Assembly (NCBI GenBank): GCA_964416095.1 | Contig: CAYQCY010000006.1 | Coordinates: 1-58,158, forward strand | Length of the DNA stretch: 58,158 nucleotides | Direction: 5' to 3' | Source of the DNA: an uncultured Gemmatimonadaceae bacterium | GTDB lineage: Bacteria; Gemmatimonadota; Gemmatimonadetes; Longimicrobiales; RSA9 | In this document: positions 39,640 to 47,924 of the stretch, piece by piece | How positions within the stretch are numbered: position 1 is the stretch's first letter | Layout of the letters: each line of letters starts with the position of its first letter | Made by a program: the position numbers and the translations under genes | Notes under the pieces: model-generated | What the model saw: only the letters and a program-made list of their open reading frames with translations | What the model was told of the DNA's origin: nothing | Databases searched by the model: none

Positions 39640-40235
39640 CCTGGCTGTTCGTCGCCGCGAGCTACCTCCTCGGAGCCACGCCCTCCAGCTACCTGGCGGG
39701 GCGCGTCGCCCGGGGCATCGACCTGCGGGAGCACGGCAGCGGCAACCTGGGTGCCACCAACGCGTTCCGGGTGCTGGGCTGGAAGCCGGCCCTCCCCGCC
39801 GCCGCCGTCGACATCCTGAAAGGCTGGGTCCCGGTCACCTACTTCCCGCTGTGGGACGGGGCGGACGAGGTCTGGGCACTCGCCTACGGGGCCGCCGCCA
39901 TCGTCGGGCACGTCTACTCCGTCTACGTCGGATTCAAGGGCGGAAAGGGCGTGGCCACCAGCGCCGGCGTGATCCTGGCCCTGGCGCCGTGGGCCGCCCT
40001 GGCGGGCATCGTGGTGTGGGGTGCCCTGGTCGCCACCCTGCGCATCGTGTCCGTGGGCTCCATGGCCGCGGCCATCGCCGTGCCCGTGACCGTCTACCTG
40101 ACGGAAGGGACGGGCCCGGTGCTCTGGCTGGTCGTGGCCCTCGCCGCCTTCGTCCTCTTCGCCCATCGCTCCAACGTCGGCCGCCTGCTGCGCGGCGAGG
40201 AGAACCGATTCGGTACGAAGGGAGAAGCGACATGA
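39636..40235 (+). CDS. plsY: Glycerol-3-phosphate acyltransferase PlsY
   Basis: DLREHGSGNLGATN; FKGGKGVAT; HRSNVGRL. Confidence 0.96.
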   Translation: MTWLFVAASYLLGATPSSYLAGRVARGIDLREHGSGNLGATNAFRVLGWKPALPAAAVDILKGWVPVTYFPLWDGADEVWALAYGAAAIVGHVYSVYVGFKGGKGVATSAGVILALAPWAALAGIVVWGALVATLRIVSVGSMAAAIAVPVTVYLTEGTGPVLWLVVALAAFVLFAHRSNVGRLLRGEENRFGTKGEAT

Positions 40236-41242
40236 CGGACCGTGTTGCGGTGGTGGGCGCCGGCAGCTGGGGCACGACGCTGGCGGATCTCCTGGCCCGG
40301 AAGGCGATGCCGGTCCGGCTCTGGGCGTACGAGACGGAGGTCGCCACCGCGATCAACGGGGAACGTCGCAACACCACGTACCTTCCGGAGATCGAGCTGC
40401 ACGCGGGCGTGGAGGCGACGGCGGACCTGTCCGAAGCACTGACGGACGCCGGCGTCGTGGTCTCCGTGACGCCGTCCCAGCATGTGCGAGCCGTGCTGTC
40501 GGGCGCGGCCGGCCACCTCCGGGACGATGCCACGGTGATCAGCGCATCCAAGGGGATCGAGACGGCGACGCTCCAGACCATGGCGGAGGTGCTGGACGAC
40601 GTGCTGCCGGATCCGGTGAACGGTCACCTGTGCTTCCTGTCGGGGCCCAGCTTCGCCCTGGAAGTCGCGCGGCGGGCGCCCACGGCCGTCACCGTGGCCA
40701 GCCATCACCCACGGCTGGCCCGGGAGGTGCAGGAGCTGTTCCAGACGGACTACTTCCGCGTCTACACCAGCACCGACGTCCCTGGTGTGGAGCTTGGCGG
40801 CGCCCTGAAGAACGTCATCGCTCTGGGGGCCGGCATGGCCACGGGCCTGGGGCTCGGTCACAACACCCTGGCGGCGCTCATCACACGCGGGCTCGCGGAG
40901 ATCACCCGGCTGGGCGTGGCCATGGGCGCCAACCCCATCACCTTCGCCGGGCTCGCCGGCATGGGCGACCTGCTCCTGACGTGCACCGGCGGCCTGAGCC
41001 GGAACCGGCGGGTCGGGGAGGAGCTGGGCCGGGGCCGCACGCTGGACGAGGTCCTGGGCGAGATGCGGATGGTGGCGGAGGGCGTGGAGACGGCCCGGGC
41101 GACCCGGGAACTGGCCCGCAGGACCGGCGTGGAGATGCCCATCGCGGAGGAAGTCTACGCCGTGCTGTTCGAGGACCGGTCGCCCGAGACGGCGGTCCGG
41201 AACCTCATGACCCGTGAACCGAAGCCCGAGGTCTGGCAATGA
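40232..41242 (+). CDS. gpsA: NAD(P)H-dependent glycerol-3-phosphate dehydrogenase
   Basis: GAGSWG; SGPSFA; GGALKNVIA; GMGDLLLTC; SRN. Confidence 0.96.
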   Translation: MTDRVAVVGAGSWGTTLADLLARKAMPVRLWAYETEVATAINGERRNTTYLPEIELHAGVEATADLSEALTDAGVVVSVTPSQHVRAVLSGAAGHLRDDATVISASKGIETATLQTMAEVLDDVLPDPVNGHLCFLSGPSFALEVARRAPTAVTVASHHPRLAREVQELFQTDYFRVYTSTDVPGVELGGALKNVIALGAGMATGLGLGHNTLAALITRGLAEITRLGVAMGANPITFAGLAGMGDLLLTCTGGLSRNRRVGEELGRGRTLDEVLGEMRMVAEGVETARATRELARRTGVEMPIAEEVYAVLFEDRSPETAVRNLMTREPKPEVWQ

Positions 41243-41601
41243 CGGACCGGCGGATCGCAAGGAAGGAGTACTACTCCATCGGCGAGGTGTGCGAACTGGT
41301 GGATCTCAAGCCCCACGTACTCCGGTACTGGGAGACCCAGTTCCCCGTGCTGAACCCGTCCAAGAACCGGTCCGGCAACCGGGTCTATCAGCGGAAGGAG
41401 ATCAAGCTCATCCTTCTGGTACGGAAGCTCCTGTACGAGGAGAAGTACACCATCGAGGGCGCCCGACAGCGGCTGGAGGCGATGCGCAGGGAAGGGGACA
41501 GGTCGGAAAGCGCGCAGGATGCCCTGGAGGACGCCACGGTGCAGATGCTCAGGGACGAGCTCCGCCAGATCCGGGCCCTGGTGGACCCCGAGGGGGAGTG
41601 A
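41239..41601 (+). CDS. MerR-family HTH transcriptional regulator
   Basis: YYSIGEVCE...HVLRYWETQF...GNRVY...YTIEGA. Confidence 0.9.
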   Translation: MTDRRIARKEYYSIGEVCELVDLKPHVLRYWETQFPVLNPSKNRSGNRVYQRKEIKLILLVRKLLYEEKYTIEGARQRLEAMRREGDRSESAQDALEDATVQMLRDELRQIRALVDPEGE

Positions 41602-42350
41602 TGCGCTTCCTCCTCACCAACGACGACGGCTACCTGGCCCTCGGCCTGGGCTCCCTGGCCCGGGCGGTATCGGGGCTCGGGGCGGTGGACATCGTGGCTC
41701 CGGACCGGGAGCAGAGCGCCACCAGCCACTCCCTCACCATGCATCACCCGCTCAGGGTGCGGGACGTGCGTCCCGGCACCAAGACGGTGGACGGCACCCC
41801 GACGGATTGCGTCGCGCTGGCGCTGGGCGAGCTGTTGGCCGAGCGGCCGGACGTGGTGCTGTCCGGGGTGAACCACGGCGCCAACCTGGGCGATGACGTG
41901 CTGTACTCGGGCACGGTAGCGGCCGCCATGGAAGCGACCATCCTGGGCGTGCCCGCCATCGCCATCTCGTACGTGGGGCGGGACCCGGAGTCCATCGAGG
42001 CCTGGGAGCCGTTGCTGACCCGACTCCTGAGGCGGCTGGTGCGGCCGGACGGCTTTCCGGACCAGACGTTGCTGAACGTGAACCTGCCGGAGGTGGCGCC
42101 GGGGGACGTGGCGGGGATCCGGGTGACGACGCTGGGCCGGCGCACGTACGAGGGGTCCGTCACCCGGGACACCGATCCCAGCGGCCGGGAGTACTACTGG
42201 ATCGGGGGCGGCGAGAGCAAGTGGTGGGGGAGCGACAGGTCCGACTTCAGGGCCATCCGCGACCGTTGCATCTCCGTGACGCCGCTGCACCTGGACCTGA
42301 CGAATTACGAGCTGCTGAAGGAGATCGAGGCGTGGGAGCTGGCCGTTTGA
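41601..42350 (+). CDS. surE: 5'/3'-nucleotidase SurE
   Basis: LLTNDDG; GTPTDCV; SGVNHGANLG; YSGTVAAA; ISVTPL. Confidence 0.96.
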   Translation: MRFLLTNDDGYLALGLGSLARAVSGLGAVDIVAPDREQSATSHSLTMHHPLRVRDVRPGTKTVDGTPTDCVALALGELLAERPDVVLSGVNHGANLGDDVLYSGTVAAAMEATILGVPAIAISYVGRDPESIEAWEPLLTRLLRRLVRPDGFPDQTLLNVNLPEVAPGDVAGIRVTTLGRRTYEGSVTRDTDPSGREYYWIGGGESKWWGSDRSDFRAIRDRCISVTPLHLDLTNYELLKEIEAWELAV

Positions 42351-42997
42351 GCGACCGTTATCAGCGGCAACGCCTCCAACTGGTCGACGTGGTCCGGGAC
42401 CAGGGGATCGAGGACATGGACGTGCTGCGGGCCGTGGCGGAGGTGCCGCGGCACCGGTTCGTGCCGGAATCCGTCCGCCACCGGGCCTACGAGGACCGGG
42501 CGCTGCCCATCGGCTTCGGCCAGACCATCTCCCAGCCGTCGCTCCAGGCGCTCTACCTGGACACGCTCCGCCTCGCACCCAGCGATGCCGTGCTGGAGGT
42601 GGGCACGGGGAGCGGGTACCAGACGGCGCTCATCGCGGAGCTGGTCGAACGGGTGTACTCCATCGAGCGCGTACGCGAGCTCGCCGAGCGGGCCCGGGCG
42701 ATCCTGGACGAGCTGGGGTACAGCAACATCGCCATCATGACCGGTGACGGGAGCGTAGGCTGGTCCCGGTACGCGCCTTACGACGCCATCCTGGTAGCGG
42801 CGGCCTCGCCGTCGGTGCCCCAGGCGCTGGTGGACCAGCTTGCGCCGGGCGGCAAGCTGCTGGTCCCGGTGGGGGACCGGGTCATGCAGGACCTCATGCT
42901 CCTACACAAGAAGGAGAGCGGCGAGCTGGAGGAGCGCACCATCACACAATGCGTCTTCGTGCCCCTGGTGGGGCGGTACGGGTGGAGGGAATCATGA
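42347..42997 (+). CDS. pcm: Protein-L-isoaspartate O-methyltransferase
   Basis: VPRHRFV; GQTISQP; VLEVGTGSGYQ; APYDAI; FVPL; start 42347 (TTG) or 42332 (GTG). Confidence 0.95.
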   Translation: MSDRYQRQRLQLVDVVRDQGIEDMDVLRAVAEVPRHRFVPESVRHRAYEDRALPIGFGQTISQPSLQALYLDTLRLAPSDAVLEVGTGSGYQTALIAELVERVYSIERVRELAERARAILDELGYSNIAIMTGDGSVGWSRYAPYDAILVAAASPSVPQALVDQLAPGGKLLVPVGDRVMQDLMLLHKKESGELEERTITQCVFVPLVGRYGWRES

Positions 42998-43656
42998 CGG
43001 AACGACAGGGGACGGAGGCACCGGGACACCTCCCGGGCCCGACGGAGCCGGCCGCGGCCCGCGTCGGGCCCGTACGACGGCTGTACGACTGGGTTCTCTC
43101 GTGGGCGGATCGTCCGGGCGGCGCCTGGGCGCTGGGCGGCCTGGCGTTTGCCGAATCGTCGTTCTTCCCCGTACCCCCCGACCCGTTGCTCATCGCGCTG
43201 GGCCTCGGCAAGCCGCGCCGTGCCCTCAGCTTCGCGGCGATCTGCACCGCGGGCTCCGTGGTCGGCGGCATCGCCGGCTACGCCATCGGCTGGGCCGTGT
43301 GGGCCGCCGTCGGTGACTTCTTCTTCACCTACGTCCCGGGCGTGACGCCCGAGGCGTTCGAACGCGTGCGCGTTCTCTACGATCGCTACGACTTCTGGGC
43401 CATCTTCACCGCCGGGCTCACGCCCATCCCGTACAAGGTGTTCACCCTCTCCTCGGGCGTCTTCAGCATCACCTTCCCCGTCTTCCTCGTGGCCAGCGTG
43501 CTGAGCCGCGGCGCCCGCTTCTTCGTCGTGGCCGGCCTCATCTACGTCTTCGGACCGAGCATCCAGGGGTTCATAGACCGGTACTTCGACCTGCTGGCCT
43601 GGCTCTTCCTGGTCCTCCTGGTGGGCGGCTTCCTGGTCATCGAATTCGTGCTGTGA
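42994..43656 (+). CDS. YqaA / DedA (VTT domain) membrane protein
   Basis: FAESSFFPVPPD; AGLTPIPYKVF; SRGARF. Confidence 0.9.
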   Translation: MTERQGTEAPGHLPGPTEPAAARVGPVRRLYDWVLSWADRPGGAWALGGLAFAESSFFPVPPDPLLIALGLGKPRRALSFAAICTAGSVVGGIAGYAIGWAVWAAVGDFFFTYVPGVTPEAFERVRVLYDRYDFWAIFTAGLTPIPYKVFTLSSGVFSITFPVFLVASVLSRGARFFVVAGLIYVFGPSIQGFIDRYFDLLAWLFLVLLVGGFLVIEFVL

Positions 43657-44040
43657 TGGGTCGCGGGACGGGACTTCTTCCGCAACGCCGGCCGTACCCG
43701 CAACCTGGGGCTGGAGGTCGCCGCCGCCCACCGCAGCGGCGGGTTGGCCCTGGACACGGCGGACCGTTATCCGGTGGACGACGCGAACAGCGCCTTTAAC
43801 CCACCGGAGGCCGCGGGGCCGTGGGTTCCGGGCTTCCACGGCTACACCGTCCTCGCGGCCCGGGTGGGAACCCGTCTGAGCCTGTCGGGCCTCGCCGTGG
43901 AACCCTTCCTGGCCGTGGAAAACGCCCTCGACGCCCGCTACGCCAGCTCCGCCGCCGTCAACGCCTTCTCGGTGGACGCTACTACGAGCCAGCCCCCGGA
44001 CGGAGCTTCCTGGCGGGGCTGCGCGTGGCGCTGCGGGAAG
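43657..44040 (+). pseudogene. C-terminal remnant of a YncD/PqqU-like TonB-dependent receptor
   Basis: GRDFFRNAGRTRNLGLE...VDDANS...FLAVENALDARYASS..VNAF, then after a 2-nt shift near 43969 GGRYYEPAPGRSFLAGLRV; no start, signal peptide or plug domain. Confidence 0.75.
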
Positions 44041-44135
44041 GGGACCGTCGAGGCCGTCGCTCTTTCGCAACCCCGCGCCGGACTTTATCTTGCGCCCAAC
44101 CTCCCCACGTTCCCGAACCGAGCCAGGAGCCGCCG

Positions 44136-44684
44136 ATGCAGGGCGAACACGATGCGATGGGGCGGGAGTCCGACGAGCTCGCACGCCCCACCTCGACATG
44201 GGACGATGCCGGAGCCGAGGAGGCTGCGGAAGGGGAGAGACCGCTCCCGCCGTTCTTCGCCGGGGACGAGACCGAAGCGCCGGCCAGGGAAGAACCCGTG
44301 CCCGAGGTCGCCGAGCCGGAGCGGGATGCGCCCGGCATCGGGACGGCACCGGAAGCGGCTCCGGAGCACGCCGAGCCGGCGGAGACGGAAGCGTTCCCGT
44401 TCGAGCAGCCCGTCGAAGAGGCAAGCCCGGACACGGATGAAGACTTCCCGGTAGAAGCGTTCGACGTGCCGGAGTTCCGCAGCGAGGAGCCGGCCGAGGC
44501 GGCTCCCGCGACGACGCCGGACATGGGCGCTGCCGACGCCGTGGCCGATCGGCTGGAGGCGCTGGCGAACCGTCTGCGCGCAGAAGGACCCGGCGCCCTG
44601 TCCCGCGAGGTGGAGATGGGCGACCGCTTCGACGCCCTGCTCGCAGGGATGGTCGCCGGCTACCTGGCCGCGCGGGAGGGCTGA
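44136..44684 (+). CDS. Hypothetical acidic Pro/Glu/Ala-rich protein with helical C terminus
   Basis: AGGAG SD at 44125-44129; low-complexity region followed by ADAVADRLEALANRLR...FDALLAGMVAGYL. Confidence 0.7.
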   Translation: MQGEHDAMGRESDELARPTSTWDDAGAEEAAEGERPLPPFFAGDETEAPAREEPVPEVAEPERDAPGIGTAPEAAPEHAEPAETEAFPFEQPVEEASPDTDEDFPVEAFDVPEFRSEEPAEAAPATTPDMGAADAVADRLEALANRLRAEGPGALSREVEMGDRFDALLAGMVAGYLAAREG

Positions 44685-44730
44685 CGGCCTACCGGTTCAG
44701 GGGCGTTTCGCCTATCTTCCAAGCGACCAC

Positions 44731-44806
44731 GCCCCCGTAGCTCAGGCGGATAGAGCGGCGGTTTCCTAAACCGCGACAGCCGTAGGTTCGAATCCTACCG
44801 GGGGCG
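44731..44806 (+). tRNA. tRNA-Arg(CCT)
   Basis: Acceptor GCCCCCG/CGGGGGC; D arm GCTC/GAGC; anticodon stem GCGGT/ACCGC with loop TTCCTAA; T arm GTAGG-TTCGAAT-CCTAC; CCA not encoded. Confidence 0.95.
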
Positions 44807-44814
44807 CTTTTCGA

Positions 44815-44845
44815 AAACGGCCGTGCCGACGGCCGTTTGTCTGTT
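44815..44845 (+). terminator. Terminator hairpin after the tRNA
   Basis: AAACGGCCGT-GCCG-ACGGCCGTTT followed by GTCTGTT. Confidence 0.7.
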
Positions 44846-44857
44846 AGCGTCTCGTTC

Positions 44858-44887
44858 TTGACAGGCGGCGTACGGCGGATTCATTCT
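44858..44887 (+). promoter_or_regulatory. sigma70-type promoter candidate
   Basis: TTGACA-18 bp-CATTCT upstream of the 44973 gene. Confidence 0.5.
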
Positions 44888-44972
44888 AGGGCGACTCGCG
44901 GCGGCGACCTCGGCCGGCGCGCTCTCCCGACCCTGGCCTCGAGTTACATCCGCTCCGATGGAGGAGAATTTC

Positions 44973-46094
44973 ATGCGACGGTTCATCGCGGTAACGATCG
45001 CCCTGCTCGGGGCGACGGCGCCGTTGTCGGCACAGGGCTCCCTGCTGGACCAGTGCGGCGCCCTCCCCGTGCCGGCAGCGCTGAACGACCCGGCCATCCC
45101 GCAATCCGCACGGGACGCCGTCATGGAGCAGTTCGGCTTCCTCTGCGCCCAGGTGGCCAACTCGGTGGAGAACGTGCAGCCGTCCATCGGCATCGCGTTC
45201 TCCGGCGCCAACCCGACCATCGGCACGGCCACGACCATCGGTCGCCGGCTCGGTCTGTTCCCGCGGATCAGCGTGTCCGCTCGTCTCAACGCCGCGTTCG
45301 TGGACGTGCCGGACATCTTCGACGACTTCTCGCCGACGCTGGACGGCAGCTCCATTGATGCCACGGTGCCCGCCCTGGGTACCGTGGGCCTGCCCGTGGC
45401 GTCCCTGCAGGCGGACGTGGCCCTGGGCCTCTTCAACGGCATCGACGTCGGCCCCATCGGCGGCTTCGGATCCCTAGACCTGCTCGGCAGCGTCTCCTTC
45501 ATCCCCGCCGTGGACGAGATCAACATCGAGGAGACCATCTTCAACTTCGGCGGCGGCGCACGCCTCGGCCTCATCCGCCAGGGACTCCTCATGCCCGGCG
45601 TCTCCGTCACCGGACAATACCGCATGATGGGCGAACAGACCTTCGGCGACGTCGACGGCACGGTCCCCGCCGAATTCAGCAGTGACCTGCAGGTCATAAG
45701 CCTCCGGGCCATGGCCAGCAAGGGCCTGCTCATGCTCGACGTGGCCGCCGGCGGCGGGTACGACATCTACAAGAGCGACGTCTCCATGGCCTGGCAGCTC
45801 ACCTGCGCCACCACCGAGTGCCAGGACGTGGACCCCACGGACCCCGCCGGCATCACCCTGCCGGGCAGCGTCTCCGGAACCGTCGAGACCGCCGCCTGGA
45901 ACGTCTTCGCCAACGCCGGCATCAGCCTCCTCATCGTCAACATCGTCGCCGAGGTGGGCTACCAGAAAGCCACCGAGATCATCGGCAGCGATGACCTCAG
46001 CACCATCGGCCTGCCCTCCGACCAGGAGCTCACCACCGAGGCCCTGGAGGGCGGCCGGTTCTTCGGCAGCGTAGGCGCCCGCATCACCTTCTGA
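44973..46094 (+). CDS. Secreted / outer-membrane beta-barrel-like protein of unknown function
   Basis: GGAGGA SD; signal peptide (APLSA-Q); alternating amphipathic strands; C-terminal VGARITF; two Cys pairs. Confidence 0.75.
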   Translation: MRRFIAVTIALLGATAPLSAQGSLLDQCGALPVPAALNDPAIPQSARDAVMEQFGFLCAQVANSVENVQPSIGIAFSGANPTIGTATTIGRRLGLFPRISVSARLNAAFVDVPDIFDDFSPTLDGSSIDATVPALGTVGLPVASLQADVALGLFNGIDVGPIGGFGSLDLLGSVSFIPAVDEINIEETIFNFGGGARLGLIRQGLLMPGVSVTGQYRMMGEQTFGDVDGTVPAEFSSDLQVISLRAMASKGLLMLDVAAGGGYDIYKSDVSMAWQLTCATTECQDVDPTDPAGITLPGSVSGTVETAAWNVFANAGISLLIVNIVAEVGYQKATEIIGSDDLSTIGLPSDQELTTEALEGGRFFGSVGARITF

Positions 46095-46124
46095 AGCGGG
46101 CTCGCCCGCGGCCGCAGAGCCCCC

Positions 46125-46164
46125 GAAGGGCCGGCGGCGCCCGATCCGGCGCCGCCGGCCCTTC
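46125..46164. terminator. 17-bp perfect GC-rich hairpin downstream of the barrel gene
   Basis: GAAGGGCCGGCGGCGCC-CGATCC-GGCGCCGCCGGCCCTTC; no U-tract. Confidence 0.55.
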
Positions 46165-46428
46165 CCGCGTGTAGGGAAGTCCCTTGAGCTCCGTCCCTTG
46201 TAGGGGATTCCCCCATACCCGGTTCGGCCTTTGCCCGTACCGCGATTCCGCGTTCCCCTGACAGACGCCGGCACGGATGCGGGTATACTTGGGACAGGCT
46301 GACCCGGGGCGGCGCGGGCGAGGCCGACGCACGGCGGCGACGGCCGGGTGGACGGGACAGGATGACCCGGCCGAAGAGGGGGAAGGGAACGGGACGGGGA
46401 TGTCGGCGTATCCATGGGCGGCACCCCG

Positions 46429-46457
46429 TTGAAGCGAAGGGGTAGTCGGGGTACTAT
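46429..46457 (+). promoter_or_regulatory. sigma70-type promoter for the ccm operon
   Basis: TTGAAG-17 bp-TACTAT. Confidence 0.55.
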
Positions 46458-46509
46458 TGGACACCGTTTTTCGGGACCCCGGCGCGTGACTGAGCCAAGG
46501 AACGGTCTG

Positions 46510-47232
46510 TTGACGGAGAGTACGAAGCCCGCGGTAGCGGTGGAGAAGGTCGCCCGGCGATTCGGTCGTCGGTGGGCGCTTCGTGGTGTGACGCTGCGTG
46601 TGGATCCGGGTGAGATCGTGGCGCTTGCGGGCCACAATGGGAGCGGGAAGACGACGCTGCTGCGGGTCATCTCCACGGCGTTGCGGCCGTCGCGGGGTGG
46701 CGGGGCGGTGTTCGGCGCGGACGTGGTGAAGGAGGCGGATGCGGTGCGGGAGTCCGTGGGAGTGCTGAGCCACACCGCGGGCAACTACGGGGACCTGACG
46801 GCACGGGAGAACCTGGAGTTCTCGTTGCGCATGGTGGGAGAACGTCCGGAGCGTGGGCGGGTGATGGCGGCGCTGGAGGACGTGGGGCTGAGGCGGGAGG
46901 CGAATGTGCGGGCGCGGACGTTCTCGTCCGGTATGATGCGGCGCCTGGCGCTGGCCCGGTTGATCCTGAGGCCGCCGCGCCTGCTGCTCCTGGACGAGCC
47001 GTACGCGAGCTTCGACGTGGAGGGAATCGACCGGGTGAACGCCTTCGTGCGGCAGGTGGCGGGGCGGGGTGGGGCGGTGATCGTGGCGACACACGACCTG
47101 GACCGTGCCTCGGCGGTGATGACGCGGGTCGTGGAGCTCGCCCGGGGTCGGCTGGTGAGCGACCGGCCGTACACCGGCGACGGGAAGCCGGCGGAGCTGC
47201 GCAACGCCGGCGTGGTCGTGGGAGGTGGGTGA
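46510..47232 (+). CDS. ccmA: Heme ABC exporter ATP-binding protein
   Basis: GHNGSGKTT; FSSGMMRR; LLLDEP; first gene of the ccm operon; start uncertain (46486 or 46510). Confidence 0.9.
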   Translation: MTESTKPAVAVEKVARRFGRRWALRGVTLRVDPGEIVALAGHNGSGKTTLLRVISTALRPSRGGGAVFGADVVKEADAVRESVGVLSHTAGNYGDLTARENLEFSLRMVGERPERGRVMAALEDVGLRREANVRARTFSSGMMRRLALARLILRPPRLLLLDEPYASFDVEGIDRVNAFVRQVAGRGGAVIVATHDLDRASAVMTRVVELARGRLVSDRPYTGDGKPAELRNAGVVVGGG

Positions 47233-47923
47233 GGTGGCGTCGTTCGGGACGGAGGTGTATCGCGCCACGGCGGTGGCGTGGAAGGACCTGACCACGGAGC
47301 GACGGACGAAGGCCAACTTCAATGCGGTCGTGTTCCTGGCCGCGCTGATGCTGATCCTCTTCGGCTTCGCGCTGGGTCCGGATGCGGAGGCGCTGCGGTC
47401 GGCCGCGGCGGGCGTGCTCTGGCTCACGGTGCTGTTCAGCGGGGTCCAGGCGTTCCACCGCTCGTACGAGATCGAGCTGGAGAGCGGGGCGCTGGAGGCG
47501 CTCCTCCTCTACCCGGGCTCGCGCAAGTCCATCTTCCTGGGCAAGCTGCTGGCCAACCTGGTCTTCATCCTGCTCGTGGAGGCCGTGGTGGTGCCGGTTT
47601 CCGCCGTGCTGTACGACCTGCCGCTGGCGCAGATCTTCCCCGGCATCCTGCTCGTGCTGTTTCTGGGGACGCTGGGGTTCGTGACGCTGGGCACCTTCTA
47701 CGGCGCCATGGCGAGCCGGCTCCGGGCCCGGGACGTACTGCTGCCGCTGCTGCTGTTCCCCATGCTGATCCCGGTGCTGGTAGGCTCGGTGGAAGCGACG
47801 GCGGCCCTCATGGGTCGGGACGTCATGGGCGAGGCGGCTTCGTGGATCGAGCTTCTGGTGGCGTTCGATGTCATCTTCCTGGTCGCGGCGTTGTTGACCT
47901 TCGAATCCATCGTCGAGGAGTGA
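47225..47923 (+). CDS. ccmB: Heme exporter permease CcmB
   Basis: KDLTTERR; multi-TM; LLPLLLFPMLIPV. Confidence 0.92.
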   Translation: MGEVASFGTEVYRATAVAWKDLTTERRTKANFNAVVFLAALMLILFGFALGPDAEALRSAAAGVLWLTVLFSGVQAFHRSYEIELESGALEALLLYPGSRKSIFLGKLLANLVFILLVEAVVVPVSAVLYDLPLAQIFPGILLVLFLGTLGFVTLGTFYGAMASRLRARDVLLPLLLFPMLIPVLVGSVEATAALMGRDVMGEAASWIELLVAFDVIFLVAALLTFESIVEE

Positions 47924-47924
47924 G

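Noticed and set aside
43654-43970. TGA readthrough or selenocysteine fusion of yqaA with the following open frame
   Set aside because: YqaA is complete at the stop. The downstream frame is a broken outer-membrane receptor fragment that is topologically incompatible, and I saw no SECIS-like evidence.
43744-44454. 236-aa ORF as a real gene
   Set aside because: It is a chimera of the receptor remnant and an off-frame reading of the 44136 gene.
44731-46500. Genomic island integrated at tRNA-Arg
   Set aside because: No integrase, no duplicated tRNA 3' end seen, and composition is similar to the flanks.
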